Assembly: GCA_963785235.1 (NCBI GenBank) | Contig: CAWAUM010000012.1 | Span: 64,001-128,000 of the forward strand | Length of the DNA: 64,000 nucleotides | Origin: an uncultured delta proteobacterium | GTDB taxonomy: Bacteria; Desulfobacterota; Desulfomonilia; UBA1062 | Reading direction: 5' to 3' | Shown here: one piece after another, positions 28,074 to 37,028 of the stretch | Numbering within the stretch: the stretch's first letter is position 1 | How the letters are laid out: each line of letters begins with the position of its first letter | Translations under genes and position numbers: made by a program | The notes under the pieces: generated by a model | The model's input: only the letters and a program-made list of their open reading frames with translations | The model's database searches: none | What the model was told of the DNA's origin: nothing

Positions 28074-31000
28074 TTATGCCTTGGGCTCGTCGAGCAAGTG
28101 CATCAGATGGGCGTCGATGAATGCCGACGCATTTGTGGGATCAACCTGGCTTACAATTGTCTTGCCCACAATGACATTGGGCCCGCCTTCACACTGCCCT
28201 GTGCAGAACCGCGCCTTGATGCGGAAACGCTCGGACAGCCCGCGCCGCCTCAGTTCGGCCCCCAGGCCTTCCAAAAGCCGCCATGACCCCTTGACATAAC
28301 AGTTCGTGCCGATGCAGACACCCACGTCGATGACGCCCGGTTCCTTGAGTGTCTCAACGATGGCCGTTGGCTCAAGCCGCATGGAGCGCCTGCGGTATGT
28401 GGTGTGCAGGGCATGATGCGATGTCTCGCTGTCAGGCTCTCCGAGCCAGTTGGTGTAGATGGCCTGCACGGACGGGTTATCCTGGCTTGTCCTGATGGGT
28501 GAGCCCTGGTCGAGCCGGTAGAGGACTTCCAGACGGTCCGCTGTATCGCTGATCAGTTTGGGCGCCGGGTTGCCGGAGCCGTTGATGCATCCCCCGGGAC
28601 AGGCCATGACCTCGATGAGGTCATAAGGGGCATCGGCGGCCCGTATCCGGTCGATGAGCTGCTGGGCGTTCTGCAACCCGCTGACGACGGCCAGGCGCAC
28701 CTTTGAATCACCAAGGGTGACTACGGTTTCCTTTACACCCTCCAAACCCCTGACACCCTCATAGTTGAAGCTGTCCAGGCGTGTGCCTGTAACGCGTTCG
28801 GCTGCAAGACGCAGAGCCGCTTCAGCCACACCGCCGCTTGCTCCGAAGATGATCCCGGCACCGCTGACCTTGCCGAAAAAGGCGTCCACCGCCACAGGCT
28901 TGACGGCTTTGGGGTCTATGTGTCTTTCCGTGAACATCTCGATGATATCGTTGGTGGTCAGGACAGTGTCCACGTCGGTTATGCCCTCTGCAGTGAATTC
29001 AGGCCGCTTTGCCTCGTACTTCTTGGCGTTGCAGGGCATGATGGAAACGAAGTAAAGCAGTTCCGGGCGTACCTTGAGCTGCTTGGCGAAATATTGTTTC
29101 ATGACCGCTCCGAACATCTGCTGGGGCGATTTGCATGAGGACAGGTGAGGGAGGATGTCAGGGGCCATCTTTTCGCAATAATTCACCCAGGCCGGGCAGC
29201 ACGACGTTATCTGAGGCAGTACGCCCCCTTCGGCGAGTCTGCTCAGGAACTCCGTGCCCTCCTCCATGATGGTCAGGTCTGCGGCCCAGCAGGTATCGAA
29301 GACAAAATTGAATCCAAGCTGTTTCAACCCTGCGGCCAGGATGGGCATGGCGTCTTCGCCCGGAATGCCGAAATGCTGGCCGAATGCGGCCCGAACCGCA
29401 GGTGCGATCTGTGCCACAACGGTCAGCTCGGGGTTCTGCAGGGCCCTGTAGACATGTGGGAGCGCAGGTTTCAGGGTAAGGGCGCCGGTGGGGCAGATGG
29501 TCGCACAGTGGCCGCATGATACGCACTCGGTCAGGTCCAAGGGACGATGATCATTGGGTCCGATGGTCAGGACATTGCTTGTTTCATAGAAGCTCAACGC
29601 CGAGACGCCTTCCATTTCGCGGCAGACCTTCAGACACAACCCGCACAGGATGCATTTGCCGGTGTCCCTGGTAATAATGGGATGGTTGTCATCAATGGGC
29701 AGCGGCTTGGCCGGCTGTGAATCATCGAACTGGACGCCGTACTGGCTGGCATAATTTCTCAAGTCGCATGCATAGCGCTCGGTGCACCCGCAGGACAGGC
29801 ACCTGAAGGCCTCGGCCATTGCCGTTTCCGTGTCCCAGGTGGTGGTGGATTCTTTGAAGTTATTCCTTCTTACAACCGGTTCAAGCGCCGGGACCTCATA
29901 GCGCTGTGCATGTTTGACCCCATTGAAGGTATCGCCCGGCAGGTCGCGCCAGTCGCCTTTGGTGCACGTATAAGGACCGGCAGATGGTGAAACCATGCCG
30001 GTTCTAACATACTGGTCAATGGCCTCAGCCGCCCGTTGGCCTGCCCCGATGGCTGCAATGGCGATATCGGGACCGGTAACGCAGTCCCCACCGGAGAAGA
30101 CCCAGGGGACACCTGTCTGCATGGTTGTGGGATGAACCTTGATATTGCCCCACTTGTCCATGAGGCTGTCGTCCCCTACGCAGAACCCATCCACGGCCTG
30201 ACCGATGGCGGAGATGATGGTATTGGCCGTCAACGTGAATTCCGAACCCGCAACGGGTACAGGGCGGCGTCTGCCGCTCTTGTCCGGCTCACCCAGGACC
30301 ATGTGGATGCAGCTCAGGGCAAGCATGTTTCCTGCTGCCTTTATGGATACAGGCGCTGTGAGGTATTGAATATTGACGCCTTCTTCGATGGCCTCTTCTA
30401 TCTCGATCTCCTGTGCAGGCATTTCCTGGCGTGTGCGCCTGTAGGCAACAGTCACGTCTTTGACACCCAGCCGGATGGCACTGCGGGCCGCATCCATGGC
30501 CGTGTTGCCGCCCCCGATGACGATGACCCGTTCGCCCAGCTCCGGGGTCTCTCCCCTGGCCAGCCTTGCGAGAAAATCAAGGCCGGACATGACTCCGGGG
30601 AGCTCTTCGCCTTCCACACCGATGGCTGTAGCCTTCTGGGCGCCCAGGCCGATAAAGACAGCGGCAAAGCCATCTCTCTTCAACAACTCCAGCGTAAAAT
30701 CACGGCCCAGCTTTTTATGGTATTGAATTTCGATACCCAGATCGAGGATGGATTGGATTTCGGCATCGAGCTGCTTTTCAGGAAGACGATAGTAGGGTAT
30801 TCCCCAGCGGAGCATACCCCCGGCTGCTTCGTGCATCTCAAAGACCGTTACCCGGTGTCCTTTCCTCCGCAGGAAATAAGCAGCGGTCAAACCAGCCGGA
30901 CCGGCCCCGACAACGGCAACACGGACGCCGGTGTCAGGCATGCACACAGGTTTATATGACTGAAGCTGATAGCCGTCCCAATCGGCAACGAAGCGTTTGA

Positions 31001-31505
31001 TACCATTGATGTTAACGGCCCCATCAAAGGCATTGCGACGGCACTCGGACTCACAGGGGTGCGGACAAACACGGCCGCAGACCCCGGGCAGAGGATTGCT
31101 TTCTTTAATGACTTCCAGGGCCTCTGAAAAGTTCCCCGAGGACACATGGTAGATATATTTCTGGATATCGATATGAGCGGGACACCGCTGCACACAGGGC
31201 GCAACACAGTCGCCATAATGGGTCCTCAGCATGGCCTGGAGATAGATCTTCCGGTAACTGCTCAGGGCGTCGGAGTCGGTATGAACTACCATACCCTCGG
31301 AAACATACGTGGAAGTTGCGGAAACAAAACCGGTATTATTGCCAAGGGTGACTTCCACAAAGGCGACTTCAGTCGTACTCGGGGGAGAGACCCTCGGATC
31401 ATATCCCAGGGCCGGAATGTTGATCCCGTTTGCCCGCGCCGCGTCGATAATCGTCATGGTGTTTTCTACGGAGCACGTCTTGTCGTTGATTTTCATTGTA
31501 ATCAT
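28074..31505 (-). CDS. Monomeric [FeFe]-hydrogenase fused to a GltD/NfnB-like FAD/NAD(P) module and a C-terminal [2Fe-2S] domain
   Basis: CGRVCPHPCE, GAGPAG and GGGNTAMD; 2x[4Fe-4S]; canonical H-cluster motifs TSCCP, MPCNAKK and EVMACPGGC; small-subunit LHTTY; C-terminal CIGTNC...CTGQC. Confidence 0.93.
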   Translation of the reverse strand: MITMKINDKTCSVENTMTIIDAARANGINIPALGYDPRVSPPSTTEVAFVEVTLGNNTGFVSATSTYVSEGMVVHTDSDALSSYRKIYLQAMLRTHYGDCVAPCVQRCPAHIDIQKYIYHVSSGNFSEALEVIKESNPLPGVCGRVCPHPCESECRRNAFDGAVNINGIKRFVADWDGYQLQSYKPVCMPDTGVRVAVVGAGPAGLTAAYFLRRKGHRVTVFEMHEAAGGMLRWGIPYYRLPEKQLDAEIQSILDLGIEIQYHKKLGRDFTLELLKRDGFAAVFIGLGAQKATAIGVEGEELPGVMSGLDFLARLARGETPELGERVIVIGGGNTAMDAARSAIRLGVKDVTVAYRRTRQEMPAQEIEIEEAIEEGVNIQYLTAPVSIKAAGNMLALSCIHMVLGEPDKSGRRRPVPVAGSEFTLTANTIISAIGQAVDGFCVGDDSLMDKWGNIKVHPTTMQTGVPWVFSGGDCVTGPDIAIAAIGAGQRAAEAIDQYVRTGMVSPSAGPYTCTKGDWRDLPGDTFNGVKHAQRYEVPALEPVVRRNNFKESTTTWDTETAMAEAFRCLSCGCTERYACDLRNYASQYGVQFDDSQPAKPLPIDDNHPIITRDTGKCILCGLCLKVCREMEGVSALSFYETSNVLTIGPNDHRPLDLTECVSCGHCATICPTGALTLKPALPHVYRALQNPELTVVAQIAPAVRAAFGQHFGIPGEDAMPILAAGLKQLGFNFVFDTCWAADLTIMEEGTEFLSRLAEGGVLPQITSCCPAWVNYCEKMAPDILPHLSSCKSPQQMFGAVMKQYFAKQLKVRPELLYFVSIMPCNAKKYEAKRPEFTAEGITDVDTVLTTNDIIEMFTERHIDPKAVKPVAVDAFFGKVSGAGIIFGASGGVAEAALRLAAERVTGTRLDSFNYEGVRGLEGVKETVVTLGDSKVRLAVVSGLQNAQQLIDRIRAADAPYDLIEVMACPGGCINGSGNPAPKLISDTADRLEVLYRLDQGSPIRTSQDNPSVQAIYTNWLGEPDSETSHHALHTTYRRRSMRLEPTAIVETLKEPGVIDVGVCIGTNCYVKGSWRLLEGLGAELRRRGLSERFRIKARFCTGQCEGGPNVIVGKTIVSQVDPTNASAFIDAHLMHLLDEPKA

Positions 31506-31604
31506 ATATCCCTCTTTCGATCGTAGTCTTCTAATGACCCTTGCAGAAGAAGCTTTAAGCGGCTAAACCCGCACTTATTGAGCCGGACCTGCACTCCATA
31601 GAAT

Positions 31605-31620
31605 AGCAATTTTCATTCCA
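31605..31620 (-). promoter_or_regulatory. Candidate sigma54 -24/-12 promoter of the hydrogenase operon
   Basis: TGGAATGAAAATTGCT (GG-N10-GC), 100 bp upstream of the ATG. Confidence 0.6.
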
Positions 31621-31824
31621 ATGATATGGTGAAAGTCAAACACTATAGTATCAAACAGTTATACACCCTCTATACAGCCGACTCATCTTAATTGTTTATT
31701 GATTCGTTATGGCCCTCTAAAAGAAACGTTCAATACACGCCAGACCCACAGGTTCACACTTGAGATTTCAGCTATTGGATACTATTGATATTGAAATTTG
31801 TTATTGCCCCGCAAAGGAGGAGCG

Positions 31825-33318
31825 ATGAAACGACATTCTCATTACCTTATAGCAATCCTGTTGATTTTTGCATTATCCATGGGAGCCTGCTCGAAACCTG
31901 ATGCGCCGCAGCCGGCAAAACCGGCAAGTCCTGTTGCTGCAAGCCCGGAAGGTTCACAGGTAACGCAGGCCCCGCCTTTTACTACCCCGATGAACGAGAG
32001 GGATTTCCGCAATGCCATCATCAATGTAGCCAACAAGAATATCCCTGCAGTCGTGCATATCGAGGTGATGCAAAGGCAGGAGATCGCAAATCCGCTCTCC
32101 CCGTTTGAGAGCGACCCGTTCTTCAGGAGGTTCTTTGATTTCCCCCAAGGCCCCAGAAAATTCAAACGCGAGCTGAAAGGCATCGGCACGGGCATGATCA
32201 TCAACCAAGACGGCTACATCCTCACCAATAACCATGTCGTGGCCGGTGCGACCCAGATACAGGTAATCCTCTCCAATGAAAGCCAGTACCAGGCCAAGGT
32301 CATCGGCACCGATCCCAAGACGGACCTTGCCGTTATTAAGGTGTCCACAAAGGAAAGGCTCCCCTATGTCACCTTCGGTGATTCTGACAAGGTCCAGGTA
32401 GGGGAATGGGTTGTGGCCATCGGCCACCCGCGGGGTCTTGACCAGACCGTGACCCAGGGCATCATAAGCGCCAAGCACAGACAGGGAATAAGCGACCCAA
32501 GCACATACCAGGACTTCCTCCAGACCGATGCAGCCATAAACCCGGGCAACTCAGGCGGCCCGCTGCTCAACCTGGACGGCCAGGTCATCGGGGTGAATGC
32601 CATCATCGCTTCACAGTCAGGCGGCTCTGAAGGGCTTGGCTTTGCCATACCCAGCAACATGGCCCTGCATATAGCAAAGTCCCTGATGGGAACAGGCAAG
32701 GTCCAGCGGGGCTGGCTTGGGATATCACTCCAGGATATCTCCTTTGATAAGATGAAATCCCTCAAGCTCGCTGCACCTAAAGGGGCTTACGTCATGGATG
32801 TGGTCAAGGAAGGCCCTGCCGCCAAGGCCGGAATAAAGCCGGGCGACGTGATCCTGACCCTGGATGGGAAGGCCATTGCAGATTCCGGCGAATTGAGAAA
32901 CCTGGTGGCAGGAATCTCTATAGGCAAAGAGGTGAACCTCGGCATCATGCGCGATGGGAAGATGCTCACCATTGCAGTAAAGGTCGGTAACCTCTCGGAT
33001 GCAGCGAAGATAATGGCCGTATCGCTCCGCGACAAGCTGGGGGTGGATGTGAGGCCGCTCAAAGACAATGAGCTATCCAAATACGGCCTCAATCAGGACC
33101 AGGGGGTAGCCATAAACTGGCTCGACCCCAAAGGGCCTCTGTCCAAGGCAGGTTTTGAGATAGATGACCTGATCCTAAAGATCAACGACCAGCCCATCGA
33201 CAGCGTGGAGAAATTCATATCCGTGGTGAATGCCCTTAAGCCCCGCCAGGGTATCACCATATTCGTTGTTGACCACCGGACCGGTCAGACCGGATATATT
33301 CAGGTTGAGGTCCGGTAG
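31825..33318 (+). CDS. DegP/Do-family serine endoprotease, predicted lipoprotein
   Basis: Lipobox MGAC, LTNNHVV, TDLAV, DAAINPGNSGG, two PDZ domains. Confidence 0.95.
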   Translation: MKRHSHYLIAILLIFALSMGACSKPDAPQPAKPASPVAASPEGSQVTQAPPFTTPMNERDFRNAIINVANKNIPAVVHIEVMQRQEIANPLSPFESDPFFRRFFDFPQGPRKFKRELKGIGTGMIINQDGYILTNNHVVAGATQIQVILSNESQYQAKVIGTDPKTDLAVIKVSTKERLPYVTFGDSDKVQVGEWVVAIGHPRGLDQTVTQGIISAKHRQGISDPSTYQDFLQTDAAINPGNSGGPLLNLDGQVIGVNAIIASQSGGSEGLGFAIPSNMALHIAKSLMGTGKVQRGWLGISLQDISFDKMKSLKLAAPKGAYVMDVVKEGPAAKAGIKPGDVILTLDGKAIADSGELRNLVAGISIGKEVNLGIMRDGKMLTIAVKVGNLSDAAKIMAVSLRDKLGVDVRPLKDNELSKYGLNQDQGVAINWLDPKGPLSKAGFEIDDLILKINDQPIDSVEKFISVVNALKPRQGITIFVVDHRTGQTGYIQVEVR

Positions 33319-33336
33319 GGTTTAACGGGAAACAGG

Positions 33337-33374
33337 CAAGAAAGGGGCGTGCCTGATGTGATGCCCCTTTCTTG
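33337..33374. terminator. Putative bidirectional terminator
   Basis: CAAGAAAGGGGCGT-10 nt-ATGCCCCTTTCTTG between convergent genes. Confidence 0.65.
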
Positions 33375-33416
33375 TCGCCTCTCTGAATTCCTGTTTACTG
33401 ATAAGCAAATGACAGG

Positions 33417-33518
33417 TTATCTGCCTTTTTTCTTTTCAAGTTTTGCCAGCTTCTTCTCTTTTACCGTCTTCTGCGGCTTTTTCTTCTCTTGTTTCTTGGT
33501 ATCCTGCGATTTGGACAT
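33417..33518 (-). CDS. Small lysine-rich protein, 33 aa
   Basis: MSKSQDTKKQEKKKPQKTVKEKKLAKLEKKKGR*; AGGGAG RBS; terminator downstream; below the ORF-track cutoff. Confidence 0.65.
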   Translation of the reverse strand: MSKSQDTKKQEKKKPQKTVKEKKLAKLEKKKGR

Positions 33519-33791
33519 ATTGTCTCCCTTTCCTCACAAACTCTTACTGTTATGATGTTATCATCTGCCACTACTCAATAACAATACCTACGATTATTCC
33601 CGGTTAAGGCCTCCTGAAAAATCTTATAACAATATTATCGATCCCTTCGATCTAATCAAGGATTAAAATGAACCTGGCCCATATCTTCTTTGTTAATTAC
33701 ATTCAAATTTATTTAAGCTACGATCAATACCGATAAGTTACTTGCATATTTGCTGAAAATATGGATTTTGAGCGATGTTGGAGAAGGGCTG

Positions 33792-34196
33792 ATGCGATAC
33801 TACAAGCAATTTCATAAGATAAAATATGTATATATCATTCCGCTTGTCCTTGGCGTGGTTTGCCTTTCCCTGGTTATTTCCCGGACAGGGCTTGATTCCG
33901 GAATAATACTTTTCTTATGCGGTGTCGTCTTCTTGATGGGCGGTTGGGTTATACGCAAAGGACATAGTCATTACCTTGAGATTAATGATGAAAAGATCAT
34001 ACACAGGGGATTCCGGAACTGGACCATCCGAAAATCAGATGTAACCCGCGTAGTGGGAGGCAGAAAAGGATGGTTTAATGACCATGAGCTCTATCTCACG
34101 ATAGTTGCAGACAAGGAAGAGTTTGTTGTTGATGACGGCTTCCTCTCGGATGAAGAACACATGAAGGAAATGGAAAGAGCTATCGGCTCCCATTAA
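33792..34196 (+). CDS. Hypothetical membrane protein (two TM helices plus a PH-like soluble part)
   Basis: Two hydrophobic helices followed by YLEINDEKII; AT-rich. Confidence 0.6.
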   Translation: MRYYKQFHKIKYVYIIPLVLGVVCLSLVISRTGLDSGIILFLCGVVFLMGGWVIRKGHSHYLEINDEKIIHRGFRNWTIRKSDVTRVVGGRKGWFNDHELYLTIVADKEEFVVDDGFLSDEEHMKEMERAIGSH

Positions 34197-35135
34197 TCAT
34201 TCCTGCTTATTCGGTACATCTCCACCCTTATTCTTGACATCTCCTTGACTGGCCGGGATATTTACTTCCTTGCTGATGGGGGCAACTTCCTTTGGCTGAT
34301 CCGCTGCAGGATCAAACCTTACCATAAGGATCCTGAAGTAACCCAATGTATGGCTGGTTTCGAACTTGAGCACATCCTTGAGCTCATCAGCAGAAACATA
34401 TATTTTCGAACTTGCGGGCTTCTTTTTTAATGCCTCTGCCCTTTTCTGCGGGTCAAGGTGTGTCACCTTCGGGACAATGACCCATGCCTTGCGTTTTTCA
34501 CCGTTGAAGTCGATAGTTACCAGGCTTTCACACCTGAGCCTCAGTTCATACTGGTATTTTCCCGGATAAACATCAAAGACCTTCTCCACCCCCACTTTCC
34601 AGTCAAGCCCCCGCACCAGATACGTTGCGGTAAACGGATCGATGGTAAATCTATCGGTATGGATCTTGCGCACATCATATGTGGCCGCATTACCATTTTC
34701 CGATTTTTTTTCTACGGTTCTTATTGACCCGTTATCCTGAAATTTTATTGTCAGGTCCTTTTCCTTGGATCTAACCTCTTGCTGCGTCTTCATCTCAACC
34801 GAAGACAGGGGATCGGTTCCCATAGTGGCTTCCCCCCTGTAACGAAGTCTGTACAGACTGTCTACCATACCGATGGACTGGGCATTGACCTGAACCTTAT
34901 ACAGTTCTCCATCACGATCAATTATGATCGTTGCATTCCCAATACTCACATTGTTAAAATTAACATTATAATAATATTTGCCCAACCGAGGCTTGAAATC
35001 AGGGTCTATAGGCAAAGAACGACTCTTGTTTTCGCCATTTGTTCCGAAGGCATTAACCGGGACAAACCATGTCCCACCCGCAATGAATAAAACTGCTAAG
35101 GCCAACATAAACAAATATGTATCAACTTTTCTCAT
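34197..35135 (-). CDS. DUF3108-like exported protein
   Basis: Signal peptide; YNVNF..VSIGNA, DPFTATYLVR, KIYVSADE pattern. Confidence 0.7.
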   Translation of the reverse strand: MRKVDTYLFMLALAVLFIAGGTWFVPVNAFGTNGENKSRSLPIDPDFKPRLGKYYYNVNFNNVSIGNATIIIDRDGELYKVQVNAQSIGMVDSLYRLRYRGEATMGTDPLSSVEMKTQQEVRSKEKDLTIKFQDNGSIRTVEKKSENGNAATYDVRKIHTDRFTIDPFTATYLVRGLDWKVGVEKVFDVYPGKYQYELRLRCESLVTIDFNGEKRKAWVIVPKVTHLDPQKRAEALKKKPASSKIYVSADELKDVLKFETSHTLGYFRILMVRFDPAADQPKEVAPISKEVNIPASQGDVKNKGGDVPNKQE

Positions 35136-35198
35136 CTTCTATCCGATTTTGTGATGTCGTAATGGTCAAACAAGTGACAACCAGTCATACCTTAAATA

Positions 35199-35214
35199 AG
35201 CAAGTATCATACCA
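35199..35214 (-). promoter_or_regulatory. Candidate sigma54 promoter of the DUF3108-like gene
   Basis: TGGTATGATACTTGCT (GG-N10-GC), about 64 bp upstream of the ATG. Confidence 0.6.
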
Positions 35215-35480
35215 CGATACTTTTCCCTTGGGTATACCGAAACAGTCGCAGCTTTAGATCGGCATCTCACGGACATTCCTTCAGTCTATGCCTTCTCACC
35301 ATTCATTGCCTGCTATGGCAACAAAAACACATGTCCTTTCGGAAAAAGGGGCGCCCGGATAATATAAATGGACGTTTAAAGCCCCTGCCCTTTTCACACT
35401 AGTTTTACACGGGCTTATGGGGATTTGTGGTATGCAATCCCAACTACAAGTTCATGTAAGCGCCATGAGATAGGAGCACC

Positions 35481-36110
35481 ATGCATTACACCGTGTTTGA
35501 CACCCCTGTTATCAGGACAGTCCTCTACTGGATATCCCGGGCATACCTGAAGGCCTTCAATTGGCACTACGAAGGACAGATGCCCGATATCCCCAAGTGC
35601 GTCATGATTGCCGCACCCCACACCTCCAACTGGGATTTCCCCATCACCATGTTCCTGGCCTTCTCTTTGAAGATCAAGGTCTACTGGATGGGCAAAAGTT
35701 CGATCTTCAACAAACCTTTTGGGTCCCTCATGCGCTGGCTCGGCGGTATCCCCATCGACCGATCCAAGACGAATAACGTGGTGGCGAGTACTATTGATGT
35801 CTTTAACGCACATGACAAACTGGTCATCATTGTGCCCCCTGAGGGCACCCGGAACAAGGTGAGCTACTGGAAGACCGGATTTTACCACATTGCAGCAGGC
35901 GCAGATGTCCCCATTGTGCTGGGTTATGTCGACTATAATCGCAAGGCAGGCGGCATAGGACCTACCGTGATGCCTACAGGGGATATCGATGCCGACATGC
36001 AGGAGATCCGCTCCTTCTATACCGGGATAACGGGCAAGCACCCTGAAAAGTCCAGCCTGGCCGCTATCGCCCCATCTCAGACTGAGCAGCTATACAAGAA
36101 GACGGGTTGA
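35481..36110 (+). CDS. Lysophospholipid (PlsC-like) acyltransferase
   Basis: PHTSNWD (HxxxxD), PIDR, PEGTR. Confidence 0.92.
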   Translation: MHYTVFDTPVIRTVLYWISRAYLKAFNWHYEGQMPDIPKCVMIAAPHTSNWDFPITMFLAFSLKIKVYWMGKSSIFNKPFGSLMRWLGGIPIDRSKTNNVVASTIDVFNAHDKLVIIVPPEGTRNKVSYWKTGFYHIAAGADVPIVLGYVDYNRKAGGIGPTVMPTGDIDADMQEIRSFYTGITGKHPEKSSLAAIAPSQTEQLYKKTG

Positions 36111-36220
36111 TCACACATACTGTAGCATTACAGGAACCCTTTCCTGGTGCACCGCTGGATAACTCGCCCGGGAGCGGTTTATAACCCAGGTTGTGCGTTT
36201 AAAAAGAGTAAAAAAATTGG

Positions 36221-36271
36221 CCTGTTAAAAACATGCATCTTGGTGAAACCAAGATGCATGTTTTTAACAGG
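36221..36271. repeat. Perfect 24-bp inverted repeat with a 3-nt loop
   Basis: CCTGTTAAAAACATGCATCTTGGT-GAA-ACCAAGATGCATGTTTTTAACAGG. Confidence 0.9.
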
Positions 36272-36368
36272 TAAGGTTTTTTCTCCAGTCGCATAGTCCT
36301 CAGGAATTTATACTGCAGTCTTATCCTTGGTTCACTCAACTAACCGGATATGAACAATAAATTATTTC

Positions 36369-36406
36369 TTGACACAAAATAACGCTTGTTATATAACACC
36401 TGTTAT
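36369..36406 (+). promoter_or_regulatory. Sigma70 promoter overlapped by tandem palindromic operators
   Basis: TTGACA-17-TATAAC; ATAAC-N4-GTTAT at 36379-36392 and 36393-36406. Confidence 0.75.
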
Positions 36407-36419
36407 TAAGGATGTTCTC

Positions 36420-37028
36420 ATGCCGGAAAAGAGATTCAGCACAGCAGATATCATTGAAGCGGCCTTTAACGTGATCCGCAAACAAGGATGGGACAAATGT
36501 ACTGCCCGGGCAATCGCCCAGAATATCGGGGCTTCCACCATGCCCATCTACTCCGGCCTGAAATCCATGAAAAACCTCCAAGACGAGATCGCCAAAAGGG
36601 CCAGTGATGTGCTCATCACCTATCAGACCAAGAAATGGTCAGGGTTCGGTTTTCTCGATATGGGGGTGGGCTATGTGATGTTCGCCCAGGAGGAGAAGGA
36701 ACTCTTCAGGATGATGTACTACAAGGAGCCCGGCCAGGAGGATGACCGGGAAAGACAGAAGAAATACCGCGGGTATGTATTCGAAGTCCTTATGGACAGG
36801 CTCGAACATGAAGAGATCATGACCGGGCTGTCCACAGAACAGCGGAAAGAGGTGCTGAACAAGATGTGGGTATTTTCCCATGGCTTGGCCATGCTCATTA
36901 ATAATAACGTCATAGACCCCATGACTGAACAGGAAATCACCCATTTTCTCATGGATACGGGGGGCCTGATCATAACCGGGGAAAGGGCAAGGTCGCCTGA
37001 AAAGAAAAAAAAGGAGGCACAACGATGA
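36420..37028 (+). CDS. TetR/AcrR-family regulator
   Basis: IIEAAFNVIRKQGW...TARAIAQNIGASTMPIYS helix-turn-helix; WVFSHG. Confidence 0.9.
   Translation: MPEKRFSTADIIEAAFNVIRKQGWDKCTARAIAQNIGASTMPIYSGLKSMKNLQDEIAKRASDVLITYQTKKWSGFGFLDMGVGYVMFAQEEKELFRMMYYKEPGQEDDRERQKKYRGYVFEVLMDRLEHEEIMTGLSTEQRKEVLNKMWVFSHGLAMLINNNVIDPMTEQEITHFLMDTGGLIITGERARSPEKKKKEAQR

Noticed and set aside
36130-36190. Possible structured RNA (CCTGG/CCAGG and ACCGCT/AGCGGT stems)
   Set aside because: No match to a riboswitch or ncRNA consensus I recognise; short stems may be chance
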